DNA of 52,955 nt from assembly GCA_000388065.2 (NCBI GenBank), contig KB932202.1; one strand, written 5' to 3'. The DNA is from Fonticula alba ATCC 38817. Lineage: Eukaryota > Protista > Nucleariida. Position numbers and translations under genes: made by a program. Positions 48,621 to 52,955 of this stretch are shown here, in pieces (position 1 is the first letter of the stretch; each line of letters opens with the position of its first letter). The notes under the pieces are model-generated. The model did no database searches, was not told the origin of the DNA, and saw nothing but the letters and a program-made list of their open reading frames with translations.

Positions 48621-48946
48621 ATGGCCTTTCGCCTGCAGCAGCAGCTCCGCACAGTCGCCGGCGCCCTTGCCCGTTCCTCCTCCCTTCGCACCATGTCCAC
48701 CACCACCACCACCACCACCACCGCTGCCAGCACTTTCTCCATGGGTGCCGGCACCTTTGAAATTGACCTGGCCGCCCTGCATGGCGCACACCGCGCCAAG
48801 CTGGCCGAGCGCATGCAGGTCGACGCCTGGGCCGTCCTCGCCGGTATGCTCCTCGGTGTCCTTCTCTTCCCGCTTCTCGCCCTCGCTCCTTGCCCACTCT
48901 ACGCACATACTCATTCCTTCTTCCCTTCCTCGCTTGCCACTCCCGC

Positions 48947-49016
<70 letters not shown>

Positions 49017-50809
49017 NNNNNNNNNNNNNNNNNNNNNNNNNNNNNNNNNNNNNNNNNNNNNNNNNNNNNNNNNNNNNNNNNCCCCCCGCCGCCGCCGCCG
49101 CCGCCTCCCTGCTCGGCACGCATGGCATCTGTCCAGGCGGCGTGCAGGCCACCCGCGATGCCACCGACCATGAGCCGCTCTTCCGCCAGGAGAGCTTCTT
49201 CCACTACCTGTTCGGCGTGCGGGAGGCCGGCTTCATGGGGGCCGTGCATTTGAAGACCGGGCGGTCGCTGCTTTTCGCCCCCCGGCTGCCCGAGGCGTAC
49301 GCCGTCTGGATGGGCACCATCCATCCTCCGTCGCACTTCGCCAGCCGGTACTCCGTTGACGGGGCCCACTATGTTGATGAGCTGGCCGCCGTGTTGAAGG
49401 CCGAGTCCCCGGCTGGCAGCGCCCCGCCCACGGTGTATGTCCTGCACGGGGTCAACACCGACAGCGGCAACACCACCACCCCGGCCACTTTCGAGGGCAT
49501 CGAGGATTTCCCGGTGAACCGGTCCACCGGCGGTGATGGCCTGCACCACCACCTGGTGGAGTGCCGTCTGATCAAGACCCCGGCCGAGGTGGAGCTCATG
49601 CGCTATGTCAACTCGGTCAGCTCGCGCGCCCATGTCGATGTCATGAAGTGGGCCCCGACCGCGGTGACCGCCCCCGGCGGGCTGAAGGAGTACCAGCTGG
49701 AGGCGCGCTTCATGCACTTCTGCTACCACCATGGCGGTGCGCGCTTCATGTCCTACACTTGCATCTGCGGTGTCGGTGACCATGGTGCCGTGCTGCACTA
49801 CGGCCATGCCGGCGCTCCCAACGATGGGGCCTGCACTCCGGGGCAGATGGCTCTGCTGGACATGGGCTGCGAGTATCATGGCTACGCGTCGGACATCACC
49901 TGCAGCTATCCCATGGGCGGGGTCTTCTCGGCCGATCAGCGTCTCATTTACGATGCTGTCCTGGCCTCGGTCAAGGCCGTCGAGGAGGCCATCCGTCCGG
50001 GCGTCATGTGGCCGGACCTGCACATCCTGTGTGGTGCGTTCTCCTCCGGGCCCCTTTTCGTGTTCCCCCTCTGGCGCTCTTCTCCCGGTGTTGCCCCCGG
50101 TTCGCCGCTGTTCTGCTCGGGGCCGCCCTTGGGGCCGTCATTTTGTCTCCGGCCTTTTCCTCCCCCCCCCCCCCCCCCTCCCCCCTCCGCATCCTTCCTT
50201 TCGGCCAATCCACCCCCACTTACCTACCACCCCCTCGGCCCTCCTGCAGAGACGGTCCTCGTTGAGCGCCTCCAGGCTGGCGGCCTCATCAAGTCCGACA
50301 CCCCTGCCCGTGAGCTGGTGGACCTGGGCGTGGCGGCTCTCTTCATGCCGCACGGCATGGGGCACCTGCTGGGCATTGACACCCATGATGTGGGTGGCTA
50401 TCCGGCCCACATGGACAACCCGGAGGATCTGGTCCCGCGTGCCACGCGCCCCGGGCTCCGGTCGCTGCGCTGCGGTCGCCGCCTGCTGGCCAACATGGTG
50501 CTGACCGTTGAGCCGGGGATCTACTTCATCGAGGCCATCCTGCGCCCGGTGGTCGGGACCTCGGCCGCTGACGTGACCGGCTCCGACGCCCACCCCCTGG
50601 CCCAGTACCTGGAGACCGACCGCGTCCGTGCCCTGCTGGACTCCCGCTTCGGTGGCATTCGCATTGAGGACAATGTTGTGGTCACCGAGACCGGGTGCGA
50701 GAACCTGACCGATGTGCCGCGCGAGGTGGACGACATCGAGGCTGTCTGCGCTGGCCGCCAGACCTGGGCCTTCCGCAACCGCCTGCCCGCGCACAATGCT
50801 GCCGACTGA
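48621..50809 (+). CDS. PEPD: Xaa-Pro dipeptidase (prolidase, M24B); 3 exons, about 559 aa
   Basis: Exons 48621-48843, 49137-50033, 50250-50809 (1680 nt); the N-gap lies inside intron 1. Motifs LFRQESFFHYLFG, VLHYGH, LLDMGCEYHGYASDIT, PHGMGHLLGIDTHDVGGY, LTVEPGIYF, GGIRIEDNV, so the metal ligands are intact. Confidence 0.96.
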
Positions 50810-51364
50810 AAAAAAAAAAAAAGGAAGAAGACCCCTCCACCCTGGGCAAGCAGCGGGGGCTGCCGGAAAGCGACGGCCCGGCTGCAGCACATGATGCTGA
50901 CAGGAAACCGCCCACCGCCGGTGTGGCCCCCGGCCTTTTCGGTCTCTTGTGGGTGTTCCCCTCTTGTTGCTTCTGCCCTCCCCTTTTTGCCTTTCCCTCG
51001 GGGATGGCGGTGCTCCCGGCGTAATAAAAAAATGCCACGCTGCTGGCTCCCCTCCAGTCCCTCCTCACTCGCCCTGCAGACAATCGCAAAATTTCCAGCT
51101 TGGGTCAGGGAGAAAAGAAAGAGTGATCGGGGAAGTGGTCGACACACACACACACACACACACACACCGATCAGAGGGCGATGCGATTGTCCTGGCCGGA
51201 AGGAAAAGCCAACAAAAGCAGGAGGACGGAAGAGGGAAGCAGCGACCAGGGGAGGCTGACCAGGTCTCGGGCTATTGTACAGGAGGATTTGAAAGGGGGA
51301 GGAGGGAGCGGGGAGGTGCAAGACACATATGGCAATGACTGGCGTCGACGCGAATCGAAGGGCG

Positions 51365-51876
51365 TCACGAAAAGAAGAAGAACACAAGGCGCTCGTGGAC
51401 TGCCTTCTCCAGCTCCTTCGGCGAGTGGCGCGGATGTTCCTTAGCCCATTGGGCGAGGCTCGCGGCAAATTGGACCTTAAATAGGGCGGAGGGGGGAAGG
51501 CGGCAATGTCAGCGCATGTGTGTGGCTGTGTGCGTGAGCTGCTCGGGCAGCGAGCTGGCGCGCACCTGGCGGCGCTTCTGCTGCGACTGGCAGATGGACT
51601 TGAAGGTGGCGTTGGCCAGCTTGTATTGAGCGAATGCCTTGTAGAGGGCAGGTGCCCGGCCCTCCGGCTCGGCGAGAGCACTGGCGTGCAGGTACTACTC
51701 GTGCGGGATGCCCGGAGCGAGTCGGCGGCCGAGCCGGGCGAGGAGAGCAACAGGTCAGTGCAAGAGACCAGGCGTGAGAGGCAAGGCAAAAGAGACTGCC
51801 CCTCGTGTGGCCGGAGGGGAGCTGTTCGACGTACGCGCTCCAGCCCGTCCAGGAACTCGGGCTCGGTGAAGAACAT
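51365..51876 (-). CDS. Hypothetical small helical protein, 3 exons, 93 aa (missed by the ORF track)
   Basis: Exons 51876-51835, 51694-51566, 51475-51365 are all phase 0 with donors GTACGT and GTGCGC and acceptors TAG and AAG. Codons are mostly C/G-ending. Product: MFFTEPEFLDGLERYLHASALAEPEGRAPALYKAFAQYKLANATFKSICQSQQKRRQVQFAASLAQWAKEHPRHSPKELEKAVHERLVFFFFS. Confidence 0.7.
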
Positions 51877-52955
51877 TGGGCTGCGAGTGGGGGCTTGTGT
51901 GGTGTGGCAACGGTCTCGGAGGCGCGAAAGGGGCACGGGCAGGGCAAGGGAAGAGGGGAAGGGAGGGAGGGGGGGGGGCAGGACTAAATGAGTGGTGATT
52001 GGCGCATTTGGCCAGCAAGCCGGCATGTACGATGCTTCCTCTTCTTTGGCGCGCGCCTCAACCGGGGCGGACAGATCTTGCCCTCGGCGGATCCCGCCTC
52101 TGGAGATTGAAAGGCCTGGGAGAAGAGACGCTGCCCGGGGGAGGGAGACACGCACACCGAGGAAGAGACTCGGCGGGGGCATGTCTCCGGGACTTGCGTT
52201 TGTGTCGGCTCACACGGGGGGGGGGGGGGGGGGGAGAATGAGCGGCTGACTCTCGGCCCGCATTGGGGCCCCCCGCCCGCCATCGGCCCCACTCGCCCCG
52301 CCCACTGTCGGGCGGGAGCCCAAAACGGCCGAGGGAAAAAGGCCGCGGCCCCTTTATGGCGTTCTCTGGCGGGTCGCCTGAAACAGCCAGGCGCAGGCAC
52401 CTCTCCCCCACATGCATATATACAGGCGCGGCAACGGGTGCGCGCCCAAGCGCTTCGTGTGCGCGCGTGTGAGCGTGTGTTCGGGCCCCTTGCAAGGTTG
52501 GCAGCGGCGCGTCTTAAATGGGAAGGTGCCCGGACCTTGGGCCGATCTCCCTCCGGCAGCCGGGCCGTGGGCCGGCGTTCTGGGGCACCTTCAGAACCGA
52601 CAACTTGTGTGATGTGCACGTGACCGGGCGCTCCGCGGTCCGGTCGGCGTGAAAGCATCGCGCCCGGGCCCTTGTGTGAGCGTGCGTTCGCGCGTACATG
52701 TGTGCGAGCCGAGCGAGCGGGCAAGCGTGCAGGGCGAAGACCGCCCCGGGGGCGTGTGTGCGTGGACATTTGTTCGGTCATACCGGCCGGGCTCCTGTGT
52801 GCGGCTGCTTCCTCCCCACGGCAGCGCGCGGCCCCGCGCGCCATCATCCGGGGTGGCGGGCGGGTCGCAGAGCGGCGAGGGTGGCAGCGTGTCCCGGGCC
52901 CCCCGTGGCCAATGGGCGCGCTCCGCTGTGCCAGCCGGTGCCCCGCCTCAAGGCG

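Larger units (their letters stand above)
3995..49081. other. Assembly gaps (N-runs): 3995-4018, 7316-7511, 8521-8768, 17325-17674, 18963-19658, 20829-21493, 35029-35092, 42685-42925, 49017-49081
   Basis: Direct observation; most gaps abut homopolymers or microsatellites. Confidence 0.97.

Noticed and set aside
1-52955. rRNA, tRNA, CRISPR arrays, transposases, retroelement ORFs, telomeric arrays
   Set aside because: No diagnostic sequences seen by eye; the tandem repeats present are simple microsatellites without spacers. A covariance-model scan would be needed to exclude small RNAs.

Overview
GC-rich, intron-rich microbial-eukaryote genomic DNA (draft assembly with nine N-gaps, many microsatellites and C/G homopolymers). 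The style and gene content fit a non-fungal opisthokont such as Fonticula, but that is an unverified inference. I reconstructed 13 protein-coding loci by hand from splice signals, frame continuity and recalled family motifs. In order: 3' end of a sterol-glucosyltransferase-type GT1 enzyme (+), Dpy-30-motif protein (-), CENP-K (+), an HDAC11-like protein lacking its catalytic residues (+), proteinase-K-type subtilisin (-), protein phosphatase inhibitor-2 (-), long-chain acyl-CoA synthetase (+), propionyl-CoA carboxylase beta (+), Diaphanous-related formin (-), RI-type LRR protein (-), methylmalonyl-CoA mutase (-), prolidase (+) and a 93-aa orphan (-). No rRNA, tRNA, CRISPR or transposon was recognisable. 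The most notable signals are: (1) all 44 reconstructed 5' splice sites lack the canonical +4 A (40 have +4 C, consensus GT[G/A]CG[T/C]), hinting at a rewired spliceosome; (2) a stand-alone HDAC pseudoenzyme; (3) loose co-location of propionyl-CoA pathway genes; (4) large low-complexity insertions inside conserved folds. All family assignments come from motif recall; no database searches were run.
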